Of a DNA stretch of 64,000 nt, positions 8,782-18,731 are shown piece by piece; position 1 is the stretch's first letter, and each line of letters opens with the position of its first letter. The DNA lies in contig JAWBJE010000006.1 of NCBI GenBank assembly GCA_038832865.1, forward strand, positions 670 through 64,669, written 5' to 3'. The notes beneath the pieces were generated by a model. The model was not told where the DNA came from. It was given only the letters and a program-made list of their open reading frames with translations, and did no database searches. The position numbers were made by a program, and so were the translations under genes. This DNA comes from Sulfolobales archaeon (GTDB taxonomy: Archaea; Thermoproteota; Thermoprotei_A; Sulfolobales; NBVN01).

Positions 8782-10413
8782 TTACCTCCTCAGTCTTGGG
8801 TTTACTACCTCATCTAAGGCCATTCCGAAGAGCACGAATCCCGCGGCTAGCATTATCAACCCTGCTATCGGTGGGATTATCCACCACCAGGCGTTCATTA
8901 AGAGTGCCCCCTGGTAGTACGCTTCGTTTATCATTCTGCCCCACGTTGGTGCCTCTGGGTCTCCGAATCCCAGCAGCTGGATAGCTGCCTCAAAGAATAC
9001 TACTCCAGGAACCGCCATGACTATTCTGTAGACTAGGTACGGCACTAGCTGTGGAGCTATGTGTTTAATCATTATTCTCCACTCGCTTGCCCCAAGGGCT
9101 TTAGCCGATTCGACGTAGAGACTGCTTCTTAAAGTCATAGTCCACTGTCTAATTATTCTCGCACCACCAGGCCACGCTGTAGCTATTAGGACGGCGAATA
9201 TGTTCCACAGAGTTCTCCCGAATATTAGGCCTACCACCATAACTAGCGGTATCACAGGTATGAAGTATACTATGTCCGTTAGAAGCGTTATTGAGTGATC
9301 CGTGTAAGTTCCAGCTCTGTAGCCGGCAACTAACCCGAAGACTAAGGCTACTAAAGTAGTTACTGTGGCTACAGCCAGTCCGAAGACTACAGCACTCCTG
9401 GCTCCATAGATAAACTGTGTCCAAACATCATTGCCGTAAGCAGTCGTACCCAGTATCCCGAAGGCGTCACCCCTTATGAACAGTCTGATCGGTGCGTAGC
9501 TCACCCTGAGGGCCCCGTTTTCGCACCTCATCATGAAGTCCGTTGGGTCGCAGTAGTACGTTACGTTTACTGCTAAGTAGATCCTGGTCCCCCTCTCCAG
9601 CAGAAGCTCTCTCGCCGCGTTAATCTCGGCGAACGCCTGCGATACTCTATCTCTGAGGACGGGGTCCCTTATCGATAGTATGTAGGGTTGCTTCATGTTT
9701 CTCATCGGGCTAGGTAGTACGGCTGGCGCCGAAATCCTCAGAGCCCCCTTGAAGTAATCGTATATCCACCCAACTCTCGTCGTAACCACGTCGTACAAAG
9801 AGTAGATACCCCTAGGGACTTCGAATTCGGCAACCCTCCCGTCGGGGAGGGGGACTCTCAGTAGCCTCTTTTCCCCTCGCTCCACCAGGTCTTTGTTTAC
9901 GATGAGTGTGTCGACGTTGTACCACGCCTCGCTTCTACCCTCCAGGTAGGTAGTGTTGAACGCTATTCTTACGTCCATCGACCTCGCCGGCCTGTAGGGA
10001 TACTCTAGGAAGTCCTCTGTTACTATCAGCAGGCTAGCGTATCCTCTTCCCTCGAAGACTACTTCAAAGCCTCCTCTGGTCCTTAACACATCGACTTTGA
10101 CGTCTCCTCGAATTACTCTATTCTCTATTCTAAAGGTATCAAACACTTTAACTATGTTCCGAGCCACATCGGGTGGAGCTGCCCAGTCGGGAACTGCGAA
10201 GTCTCCTGCCACTACCTCCCTCATTGCCGGGCTGTATGGGGTTAGTATTGGCGCTAGACCGCCGAGAACGGCTAAGAACAGTATAAGAGATATGCCTACT
10301 ATCGCTGTCCTCTTTCTAAAAACTAGGACAGCTATCTCAGCGAGTCTGGTGAACCCAAGTGTAACCCCGGATCTCACTCTAGCAGTACCTGTTGCCCGAG
10401 CCACTTTAACCAC
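8782..10413 (-). CDS. oppC: Peptide ABC transporter permease OppC/DppC with large extracytoplasmic insert
   Basis: LGTTAYGNDVWTQFIYGAR, EAA-like loop YVESAKALGAS, PTWGRM, WWWIIPP. Confidence 0.9.
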   Translation of the reverse strand: MVKVARATGTARVRSGVTLGFTRLAEIAVLVFRKRTAIVGISLILFLAVLGGLAPILTPYSPAMREVVAGDFAVPDWAAPPDVARNIVKVFDTFRIENRVIRGDVKVDVLRTRGGFEVVFEGRGYASLLIVTEDFLEYPYRPARSMDVRIAFNTTYLEGRSEAWYNVDTLIVNKDLVERGEKRLLRVPLPDGRVAEFEVPRGIYSLYDVVTTRVGWIYDYFKGALRISAPAVLPSPMRNMKQPYILSIRDPVLRDRVSQAFAEINAARELLLERGTRIYLAVNVTYYCDPTDFMMRCENGALRVSYAPIRLFIRGDAFGILGTTAYGNDVWTQFIYGARSAVVFGLAVATVTTLVALVFGLVAGYRAGTYTDHSITLLTDIVYFIPVIPLVMVVGLIFGRTLWNIFAVLIATAWPGGARIIRQWTMTLRSSLYVESAKALGASEWRIMIKHIAPQLVPYLVYRIVMAVPGVVFFEAAIQLLGFGDPEAPTWGRMINEAYYQGALLMNAWWWIIPPIAGLIMLAAGFVLFGMALDEVVNPRLRR

Positions 10414-11434
10414 CCGTTCTTACCCTCGGGTCTATGGCTACGAGCACTACCTCCGCTATGAAGAGAGATGTGACTGTGAGTGCTGCGGATATTGTGAAGA
10501 ACGCCGACATGACTGGGAAGTCCCAGTTGAGCAGCGCTTGGTAGGCGAAGTAAGCTACTCCGGGCCAGTTAGATATTATCTCGAATATTATCGCCCCACC
10601 GAATATGCCGGGTATGGCATAAGCCAGAGAGATTACTATCGGGGGTCTGACGTTGGGTATGACGTGCTTTCTCAGTGTAGACCTCTCGTCGAGGCCCTTA
10701 GCTAAAGCGGTAGTGACGTAGTCTTGACCCATCTCTGATACTACTAGCTGCCTTATGTAGTATATCCAGCCACCGGACCACGCGATTAGAGCTGCTAATA
10801 GCATTGGTGACATATACCAGAGTAGGTACCTAAACTGCTCCCAGTCCCTAATGCCTATCTCGGGGGGTCTAACCGGAAGTGGGAATATGTAGTAGCCCCA
10901 CGTTACTCTTGGAAGGTACGCTAGCACGTAGTACACTATCAAGAGAGTGAGCCACCCGGGAAGCATGTTGGAGAATATCGATGCCTGAACTATAGCCGTA
11001 TCTAGAGGTCTACCCCTGTTCTTAGCAGCAGTTATCCCTAAGTAGAACCCGATTACTATCGGCACTATAGTCGTTATAGTGTAGAAGGACAGCGTGTAGG
11101 GAAGTCTAATAGCTATATCATCTAAAACAGGTTTTTGAGTGTACACGGAGATCCCGAAGTCGAATACAAGTACGTTTCTCAAGTACATCAATAGCTGGTC
11201 GGGTACTAGCGGTCTATCCAAGCCGAACCTCTTTATAGTTTCACCAATCCACAGACTGAACCTAGGGTCTTCAGCAGTTCTCCTTAGTGCTGCTAGAAGA
11301 GGGTCTGCCGCCATATTGCCACCAGCAGCAACCACGGGTAGCACTCTAACGACGATGAAGTAGACCATGAGCACTACTACGTACGTTCCCAGCAGCCTAA
11401 CCCCAGTCTTCGCTATAAACGTCCCAGCACCCAC
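10406..11434 (-). CDS. oppB: Peptide ABC transporter permease OppB/DppB
   Basis: FGLDRPL, FDFGIS, RLPYTL, DYVTTALAKGL, AIDPRVR. Confidence 0.92.
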   Translation of the reverse strand: MGAGTFIAKTGVRLLGTYVVVLMVYFIVVRVLPVVAAGGNMAADPLLAALRRTAEDPRFSLWIGETIKRFGLDRPLVPDQLLMYLRNVLVFDFGISVYTQKPVLDDIAIRLPYTLSFYTITTIVPIVIGFYLGITAAKNRGRPLDTAIVQASIFSNMLPGWLTLLIVYYVLAYLPRVTWGYYIFPLPVRPPEIGIRDWEQFRYLLWYMSPMLLAALIAWSGGWIYYIRQLVVSEMGQDYVTTALAKGLDERSTLRKHVIPNVRPPIVISLAYAIPGIFGGAIIFEIISNWPGVAYFAYQALLNWDFPVMSAFFTISAALTVTSLFIAEVVLVAIDPRVRTGG

Positions 11435-11619
11435 TTAAATTCCCCTATACTCTACCGGTGCTACTCTTAAAAACATTTTTAGGGTAACTTTAAAGTAGCT
11501 CGATCTCATTTACTGTCGACGTCTAGCAGTAACTTTCCTAAAGCCCTTAGTCTATGGATAAATGAAACTACCAAACAAGTCGAAGGTAAAAATGTGAATG
11601 TGTGTGAGTATATAACTTA

Positions 11620-11665
11620 CTTTTTAATAAATTTAAATTAAAAAATTAAATTTGTTATTTTTTGT
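11620..11665 (-). terminator. AT/oligo-T-rich tract after oppA (probable partial terminator)
   Basis: Very AT-rich tract with a T-run on the minus strand just after the oppA stop. Confidence 0.4.
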
Positions 11666-11670
11666 TACTC

Positions 11671-14001
11671 TTATTTTCTTCTCACTGCCGCAGCTACTCC
11701 TAGCGCTACAACAGATAATGCTACAGCACCGTACGATAGCGTGGCCGGTGCTACTGCCGCAACCGTTTCTGTAGTCTCTGGCACGACCTCGCTCGATGAA
11801 AGCGCTACGACTGGTGTCGTCACCTCTACCTCCGGTGCTGCGAACGATATCATTGGCGGTAGAGTTATTTCCACTGGTGGAACTCCTGGAATCTCGACGA
11901 CTACAGCAGGCGGTCTCTCGATAACAGGACCTACTGGACCGGGACCGACGACAGCACCGACAGTTAATTTGGTGGAGTACTTGTTGTCGACGGACCACCT
12001 CATGATCGGCTGTTCGGCGTATATATCAACGGAGTAAGTCCCGGCTCTGAGTCCTGGAACGATTACTTCGTACACACCACCACCGACGTGAGAGGCGGTT
12101 AGCGTTAGAGTTATTGGACCGGTGAGCTTCACAGTAACGGAGGCGTTAGTAGCTCTAGCACCTAAGTAGTCAACCAGGGTTACAGAGACCTTGAATGACG
12201 TACCCTCATCAACGGTGCTAGGTATAGTCACGGCAGCGAACATTACTGTCCTATCTGGGTGTCTGTAGTAGAACCACGGGTTCCAGACAAGCTCGGAGTA
12301 CGCTATTTCTCTCGTCCTAGCTAGAACGAATGGTCCGTTACCGATCATCGCCGTTAAACCAGGTATTGTTGGGTGCGGCAGTGTTGATGGGTCTTCTAGT
12401 GGGTTAGGTAATCTTTCGAATATGTGTTTAGGCAGTATGACACGCTCAGTGTAAATGAATGGGACTATCCAACCGTAGTCCTCGAAGTAGAGCTCTAGTG
12501 TGGTCTTGTTGACTACCTTTACGTCTATGAGCTTCTCTATGTCCGGACCGTAGTACCTCCTCGTCTTCAACTCTCTGCCGAACTTTAGTACTGTATAGGC
12601 ATAGTCCTCAGCAGTAAGCTCGACACCGTCTTGCCACTTGATGCCCTCGAATAGTGTTATAGTGAACCTATACGCTTTCGTACCTTCATATGTTACTTCA
12701 TCTATATTGAAGTACTTTAAGAACATCGGTATCCTCGGCTCGGCGTATATGTTCTCGGGTCTTGTGTACATGGTCGGAATGTATATTCTGAAGATAGCTT
12801 CCGCCTCAGTGGCCCACAGGTATATCGCTGGGTGGTAGGTCGTTATGTCGACTGTGTGGAAGTACCTAAAAACACCACCGAATGTTCTGTCTTTGTATCT
12901 AACATTGAACCACCAGAATGGTGAGAACCCTACGGGGTCCCTTAGAGGTGGTGCGTAAGCTAGGATTATGGAGTCTCTATCTATAGCACCATCAAACGCT
13001 GTTATACTGATGCTGGTGTAGGTCGGTATCCACGGAATTATCTCCTTAACTAGAATTTCCTGAGCTCTCCAACCGTACTCCTTGGCCTCCTCCATGTCCT
13101 TAGTGAAGTAGAACTTATCAAGAATGGCGTCGAGTCTTGAGTCGTTGACTCTCCACTCGTTCCAGCCGCCCGGCCTAATCTCACTACTGTGGAAGAAGTA
13201 GTACATGAACGTCGGGAACCTGCCGAAAGACCAGCCGATGATCCACGCTTGAGCAGTTCCTGCGGAAATTGCTGCGTCTAGTTCTCTACTGCTGACGGCC
13301 TTTATCGTTACTCTCAGTCCTATCGCTTCCGCCTCCGACTTTATGTACATGGCGATCCACCAGTAGGTTGGTGATGTAGCTTCCGGCAGCGAGAGGATCT
13401 CTATCTCGACTACTCTACCTCCCTCTCTCGGGTCGCACCAAGCAGGTCTACCGTCGGGACCGGTACACGGTGTGAATATCTTCGCTAAGAGAGACTTAGC
13501 CTTCTCAGGGTCGTACGGGTAGAGCCTCTCGAAGTCGGCATCCCAGTTGACCCAAGCACCGTGAGTAGGTGGAGGTAGAGTGGTACACTTTACCGCCAGC
13601 CCCCTGAGGGGGGACTCCGCGATTATCCTGTCCCTGTTCCACAAGTGGGCCAGTGCCGCCCTGAGCTCGTAGTACTTGACTGGCCACAGCTGCACGTTGA
13701 AGTGTAGCGCCCCCAAGGAGTTTATGCCTACAGTGAAGAATATGTGGGCGTCGGGTCTGTTCGTCCTCACTCTATCTAGGTGGACCGGGAGAACGCCGAC
13801 TATAGATAGCTCACCGGCCTCGAAGGCCAGTAACCTCATAGTGTAGTCCTTCATTACCGGGTACGTTATTTTGTCTATGTAAGGTCCGTACTTATACCAC
13901 TCCTCACCCAGCCCCCTCTGGGCTTCTACAGGTGTAGCGACACTTACTAGGAGTAGGCCTACGAGCGATATAGCGAGTAGACTAGCTATTACGTACCGCA
14001 T
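11671..14001 (-). CDS. oppA: Family-5 (OppA/DppA) solute-binding protein, circularly permuted, with Ig-like domain, Pro-rich linker and C-terminal anchor
   Basis: YDPEKAK, KWQDGVELTAEDY and IGNGPF motifs; signal peptide; C-terminal TM followed by RRK. Confidence 0.88.
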   Translation of the reverse strand: MRYVIASLLAISLVGLLLVSVATPVEAQRGLGEEWYKYGPYIDKITYPVMKDYTMRLLAFEAGELSIVGVLPVHLDRVRTNRPDAHIFFTVGINSLGALHFNVQLWPVKYYELRAALAHLWNRDRIIAESPLRGLAVKCTTLPPPTHGAWVNWDADFERLYPYDPEKAKSLLAKIFTPCTGPDGRPAWCDPREGGRVVEIEILSLPEATSPTYWWIAMYIKSEAEAIGLRVTIKAVSSRELDAAISAGTAQAWIIGWSFGRFPTFMYYFFHSSEIRPGGWNEWRVNDSRLDAILDKFYFTKDMEEAKEYGWRAQEILVKEIIPWIPTYTSISITAFDGAIDRDSIILAYAPPLRDPVGFSPFWWFNVRYKDRTFGGVFRYFHTVDITTYHPAIYLWATEAEAIFRIYIPTMYTRPENIYAEPRIPMFLKYFNIDEVTYEGTKAYRFTITLFEGIKWQDGVELTAEDYAYTVLKFGRELKTRRYYGPDIEKLIDVKVVNKTTLELYFEDYGWIVPFIYTERVILPKHIFERLPNPLEDPSTLPHPTIPGLTAMIGNGPFVLARTREIAYSELVWNPWFYYRHPDRTVMFAAVTIPSTVDEGTSFKVSVTLVDYLGARATNASVTVKLTGPITLTLTASHVGGGVYEVIVPGLRAGTYSVDIYAEQPIMRWSVDNKYSTKLTVGAVVGPGPVGPVIERPPAVVVEIPGVPPVEITLPPMISFAAPEVEVTTPVVALSSSEVVPETTETVAAVAPATLSYGAVALSVVALGVAAAVRRK

Positions 14002-14370
14002 AACTTACCCCAATATTAGTTTTAGCCCGGTTTATAAAGCTTTCGCCTAGCCTTGTCGGCGGTCTCCCCAAGGTGGAGCGACTATCGGTTGTAAGTTGAA
14101 CCACGAGTTATTGCGGCCCGTGACTGCCCGATTTAATCAACTGGGAACTAGTGGCTACTCAATAACGCTCCTGCGGAAGCGAGCTATAAAAATGCCGCCG
14201 ATCAAAAGGCTAGAGCGACAGATGTGTAGCCAACATTTAAAGCTTGCGGCGTGCCGACCTAAAGCTCAAATGTTGTCTACTCTTCGCTAAACCACAGAGT
14301 CGATTGAGAGATGGTGAGACGATAGTAATACTTTAATTCCCTGCTTCCACATAGTGGTGGACCCGGCTAA

Positions 14371-15609
14371 GTGGGTGGTAGAGTGCTTCCGAGGTTACCC
14401 GTTATCGGGGATATAGATGTAACGAAACTTAAGGTCCTGGTTCGCGTGGATTTCAACGTCCCCCTGGACTCCGAGGGCAGGATCCTGGACGACTCGAGAA
14501 TCAGAGCCCATCTTAAGACGATTAGGGACCTCTTAGACTCGAACTGCGCTGTCGTCCTACTATCCCACCAAGGTAGACCTGGTGAGGAGGGATTTACTCA
14601 GCTGAAGCCTCACAGCGAGCTGCTCTCAAAACACCTCGGGATGGAAGTCAAGTTCGTAGAAGACGTGATGGGTCCTATAGCACTATCGGAGATTAAGAGG
14701 CTAGGTTACGGTGAGGTCCTACTACTAGACAACGTTAGATTCGTTTCAGAAGAGCTAATAGAGGCACCACCCGAAGTACATGCTAGAAGCTTTCTCGTTA
14801 GGAGGTTGGCACCTCTTTTCGACCTCTACGTATTCGACGCTTTTGCCACAGCGCACAGATCGCAGCCATCGATAGTGGGTTTCCCGATGGTGGTTAAGTC
14901 GGTCATAGGCCACGTCATGAAAAGCGAGGTTGAAGCCCTTAGGAAGATAGTGGACTCCGATTACTCACCCAGAGTTTTTGTCTTGGGTGGTGCGAAAGTC
15001 GCTGACACTCTGAAGATCATCGAGAACCTAACTAAAAACAGACTAGCGGATAGGATACTCACCACGGGTCTGGTTGCTTTAGTCTTTCACGTCGCTCGCG
15101 GGGGTAAGATATCTGAGAGTGTGCTCAAAGTCCTGGAGGATAGGGGTCTCATGACGCTAGTTCCAAGAGCAAGGAGGATCCTCTTGGGTGGTGCACCTAT
15201 AGATGTCCCACTGGACTATATGGTGGTTAAGAAGGACGGAGAAATAGACGAGTGTCCGGCAAGCACTATAACTGGCAGACCCATGGATATTGGAACATAC
15301 ACTATACAGATGTACTCCGAGTTGATGAAGGACGCTAAGCTGATCGTCATGAGGGGGCCTGCCGGATACATCGAAGACCCTAAGTTCAGAGCCGGCTCTG
15401 AAGCCCTCGTATCCGCTGCGCTGAGGAGCAATGCTTTCCTCGTGATAGGTGGTGGACATCTGGGGGCACTAGTGGAAGGAGTCAATAGAGACAAGGTGCA
15501 TATATCCACCGGAGGCGGCGCCCTACTGATGGCGTTAGCCGGTGAAGAGCTTCCAGCAATTAGAGCTCTGAAGGAGTCTGCTAGAAGGTTTTTCGGATGG
15601 AATTGCTAG
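14371..15609 (+). CDS. pgk: Phosphoglycerate kinase
   Basis: RVDFNVP, SHQGRPG, DAFATAHR, LGGAKVAD, HISTGGGA. Confidence 0.97.
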   Translation: MGGRVLPRLPVIGDIDVTKLKVLVRVDFNVPLDSEGRILDDSRIRAHLKTIRDLLDSNCAVVLLSHQGRPGEEGFTQLKPHSELLSKHLGMEVKFVEDVMGPIALSEIKRLGYGEVLLLDNVRFVSEELIEAPPEVHARSFLVRRLAPLFDLYVFDAFATAHRSQPSIVGFPMVVKSVIGHVMKSEVEALRKIVDSDYSPRVFVLGGAKVADTLKIIENLTKNRLADRILTTGLVALVFHVARGGKISESVLKVLEDRGLMTLVPRARRILLGGAPIDVPLDYMVVKKDGEIDECPASTITGRPMDIGTYTIQMYSELMKDAKLIVMRGPAGYIEDPKFRAGSEALVSAALRSNAFLVIGGGHLGALVEGVNRDKVHISTGGGALLMALAGEELPAIRALKESARRFFGWNC

Positions 15610-15624
15610 CAGATCAACTAACCG

Positions 15625-16012
15625 ACCGTTTTCCGCCCTAGGTTTCTGTAGGTCCTCCTAGGGCGAATTGCGCCTCTATCCCGCGCTTCACCGTGGCTAC
15701 CAACCGCTTTACGTGGAGGTCGCGGGCACCGTTCGAGCCTAACAGTGCGGGGCTTACATCTAGCTCTAGCCTCGCGCGACTGTTTCGGGTTTACGTAGGT
15801 TTATAAGAGTTGACACTTTATCGAGATCGCTCTTGTCCACGATGCGAGTACGCGGTGAAGACTAGAGTGGGCGGGACGTCCAACGCCAGGATGCGGGTTT
15901 CCCCACGGTCGGGGATTTGAGGAACTCGATGAGTGGAAGCCGTAAGTTGGACGTTCCGAGCGGTGGAGGTCGAGACGGGGCCTCCGAGTAAGGCTGAGCC
16001 GTCTTCCTCGAC
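15625..16012. ncRNA. GC-rich multi-hairpin intergenic region (ncRNA or mobile-element remnant)
   Basis: Stems CGCCCTAGG/CCTAGGGCG, CCCGCG/CGCGGG, GCAC.GTT/AAC.GTGC, GGACGTCCAAC/GTTGGACGTTC, GTCGAG/CTCGAC. Confidence 0.45.
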
Positions 16013-16050
16013 ATGAAATTTTTAAGCCTGTTTACACACCGGTAAACGAG

Positions 16051-17058
16051 GTGCGTATTGTGAGGGTTAAGCTACCTATTGTAATAGGAGGAGTAGTTAT
16101 CGTGCTCCTAGTCGCCGGCATAGCGGCGTACATGCTCTGGAAACCAGAAGCCAAACCGTATACCCTAAACATATGGACCGGTGGGACCGGTGGAGTATAC
16201 TATCCCCTCGGAGTTAAGCTCGCAGAGATGTTGAACAAGTATGCGGGCAATGTGGTCTTGGCTTCCGTGTCGACGAGCGGCGCTTCAGTGGCCAACATGA
16301 GGGCTTTAGGGGCTGGAGACGCCCAGCTGGTGTTCGTCCAAAACGACATCGCTTACTACGCTTACAGGGGTATCTATATGTTCGAGGGCAGTAGGGTTGA
16401 GGTAGTTAGAGGTGTCGCAGTCCTCTACCCCGAGGTCGTTCAGATAGTGGTTAGAGCGGATAGCGGCATAAAGAGCATATACGACCTAGCTGGTAAGAGA
16501 GTGGCCATAGGGGCCGTAGGTAGTGGAACTGCCGTTGAGGCAGAACTCATTCTGAGGGCCGCTGGAGTGTGGGATAAGATCGCCGTACAGCATCTAGACT
16601 TTACCGCAGCTGCAGACTCCCTAAAGCTAGGCTTAGTAGATGCTGCCTTCGTTGTTGCCGGAATACCTACTTCAGCAGTACTATCTCTTGCTGCTACGGT
16701 CCCGGTAAACCTAGTCGAAGTCCCAGATGAAGTGCTGGATACCCTCATTAAACAGGGGTATAGGTTCTTCACCAGATACACCGTTCCCGCAGGAACATAC
16801 ACTGGCATGACGTCTGACGTTAGGACCTTAGCCGTTATGGCCATGCTAGCAGTTAGAGCCGACGTTCCAGACGATGTTGTATACCACGTACTCAAGGTGA
16901 TGTTTGAGCATATTGACGAGCTGCGAGAGGCCCACGCCAGAGCCAAAGACATAGACTTAAGGAAGGCCCTAGAGGGAATGCCCATACCCCTACACCCAGG
17001 TGCCATCAGGTTCTACCAAGAGAAGGGTATCACTATCCCCAGCGAGTTGAGACCGTAA
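16051..17058 (+). CDS. TAXI-family TRAP transporter solute receptor
   Basis: TGGTGGVYYP, TSGASVAN, LYPEVVQIVVR, GSGT, PLHPGA. Confidence 0.95.
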   Translation: MRIVRVKLPIVIGGVVIVLLVAGIAAYMLWKPEAKPYTLNIWTGGTGGVYYPLGVKLAEMLNKYAGNVVLASVSTSGASVANMRALGAGDAQLVFVQNDIAYYAYRGIYMFEGSRVEVVRGVAVLYPEVVQIVVRADSGIKSIYDLAGKRVAIGAVGSGTAVEAELILRAAGVWDKIAVQHLDFTAAADSLKLGLVDAAFVVAGIPTSAVLSLAATVPVNLVEVPDEVLDTLIKQGYRFFTRYTVPAGTYTGMTSDVRTLAVMAMLAVRADVPDDVVYHVLKVMFEHIDELREAHARAKDIDLRKALEGMPIPLHPGAIRFYQEKGITIPSELRP

Positions 17059-17090
17059 GGAACCCGCATTGAAGACGGGTAGGAGTAAGC

Positions 17091-17612
17091 TTGGTTAAGC
17101 TTGGTGAGGTAGTACTTTTTTATTCGGTCTATTCATCCGCCCTCGTAACGGCTTTAGTGCTTACCTTATCACCCATACTATCTATAGGCTTGGTCATCGT
17201 GGATGGAAGCATTAGCGCGATAGTCGTCAACTCTAGAGCTAACATCACTCTAACCTACGTACACAGCGTTGAGCGTTATAGGGTTAAAGAAGAATATATC
17301 CTAGAGGGCTGCGGCCTTAGGCTCACGAAGTTAGAGTGGGCTGGGTTTGGTGCCGGCATGCCGTCAACACCGGCAGACCTAGGAGATGGGGACCTAGAAT
17401 CGAGTCTGACAGGTGGAGTGACTTCGAAAGTCGATATTGAATTGGGTGAGTACGTACTGATCGCAGTTAAGCACATGTCTTACCCTAAGCTATTCGTTAA
17501 CGGTGTAGAGGTGGGTGCAGTTAGTAACATAACCTTAAGAACCTGCCTCAAAGTTTCCCTGTTGGATCTAGTCGTTAAGTACGTTGAGTTCGCACTACTC
17601 GGGAAGCTCTGA
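17091..17612 (+). CDS. DUF1850 protein (TAXI-TRAP accessory)
   Basis: YVHSVE...V.E.Y and GAGMPS motifs; follows the TAXI receptor. Confidence 0.8.
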   Translation: MVKLGEVVLFYSVYSSALVTALVLTLSPILSIGLVIVDGSISAIVVNSRANITLTYVHSVERYRVKEEYILEGCGLRLTKLEWAGFGAGMPSTPADLGDGDLESSLTGGVTSKVDIELGEYVLIAVKHMSYPKLFVNGVEVGAVSNITLRTCLKVSLLDLVVKYVEFALLGKL

Positions 17613-17657
17613 GCTACACTGGCGGTCCGGTATCATGAGGTCAATCCCTCTGCAACC

Positions 17658-17689
17658 GAGGGCCTCGCACTTTAAGGGGGAAGGAAGTC
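17658..17689 (+). mobile_element. Degenerate IS200/IS605-like end remnant
   Basis: GAGGGCCTCGCACTTTAAGGGGGAAGGAAGTC resembles 47314-47335 and the reverse complement of 22396-22412. Confidence 0.35.
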
Positions 17690-17726
17690 GGTTAATGAAT
17701 GAAGTGTTGGGGGAAAGCCGCTGGTA

Positions 17727-18731
17727 GTGTCAGAGTTCGCTAGGTTGCTGATATGGTGTAGAAACGGGGCACTAATAGTAACGCACAAAAACGCTGATAT
17801 AGACTCTGTAGCGGCAGCGCTGGCGCTAAGCTACTCCCTAAGCTCGTACACTGGTAACCTCTTTAAGGTATGTTTTCCCCAGGGGGTAGACTCCGTCAGT
17901 AAACGAGTTCTTCAGGCTCTAGGTTTCAGCATCCCGAACACGAGGGAGTGTGCGGCTGAGAGGGTGGTGTTCGTCGACGTATCATCGACCACCCAAGTAG
18001 AGGGCGTGGTGTTCTCCAGGTGCTCGTTCATCGACCACCATGTCGTAAACACGCTAGTTGATGTATGCGAGACGTACGTTTACGACCCGGAGTCTAAGGC
18101 GACATCGGCTCTCTTGGCTGAGGCCCTCATGCTATCTGGTTACAGTATCCCTAGAAGCTACGCCACGCTACTGCTAGCTGGTGTCATGTTCGACACGAAG
18201 TTCCTGAGGATCTTGAACTCCAGGCTGCTAAGGGTAGTTGGTTGGCTCTTAGACTCAGGTGCCGACGTCGAAGACGTTGGTCGCCTCTTAACTCAGCAGG
18301 AAGTTCCCTACGCCGAGCGTGTCGCCAGGTTGAAGAGTCTATCGAGAATGAGCGTGTACTCTATAGGGAGCGACTACCTCATGACGATCACATGCGTAGG
18401 AGCGTACGAGTCGTCATCTCTTAAACACTCAATTGAGGCGGGATCTGATATAGCAATAGCTCTTACACCTCGCGAAAGTGAGGTTCGCGTGAGTATTAGG
18501 GCGAGTGCGAGGCTCGTTAAAGAACTTAAGGCTCCAATAGCCGCTGAGCTAGCCAAGTACATTGGGGAGAAGCTGGGTGGAGGCGGAGGTGGTCACGAAG
18601 CTGCGGCGGGAGCTTCGGTTCCGATAAACTCAATTAGAGACTTAGAGAGACTAGTGGTTGAGTTCTTTTCGGCACGTGGTTATAAAGTTCGAGTTCTAGA
18701 GAGAGGTAGATGGATGGAGGAGTGCGTCTAG
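17727..18731 (+). CDS. DHH/DHHA1 family phosphoesterase
   Basis: THKNADIDS, FVD, IDHH, DT, GGGHEAAAG. Confidence 0.92.
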   Translation: MSEFARLLIWCRNGALIVTHKNADIDSVAAALALSYSLSSYTGNLFKVCFPQGVDSVSKRVLQALGFSIPNTRECAAERVVFVDVSSTTQVEGVVFSRCSFIDHHVVNTLVDVCETYVYDPESKATSALLAEALMLSGYSIPRSYATLLLAGVMFDTKFLRILNSRLLRVVGWLLDSGADVEDVGRLLTQQEVPYAERVARLKSLSRMSVYSIGSDYLMTITCVGAYESSSLKHSIEAGSDIAIALTPRESEVRVSIRASARLVKELKAPIAAELAKYIGEKLGGGGGGHEAAAGASVPINSIRDLERLVVEFFSARGYKVRVLERGRWMEECV

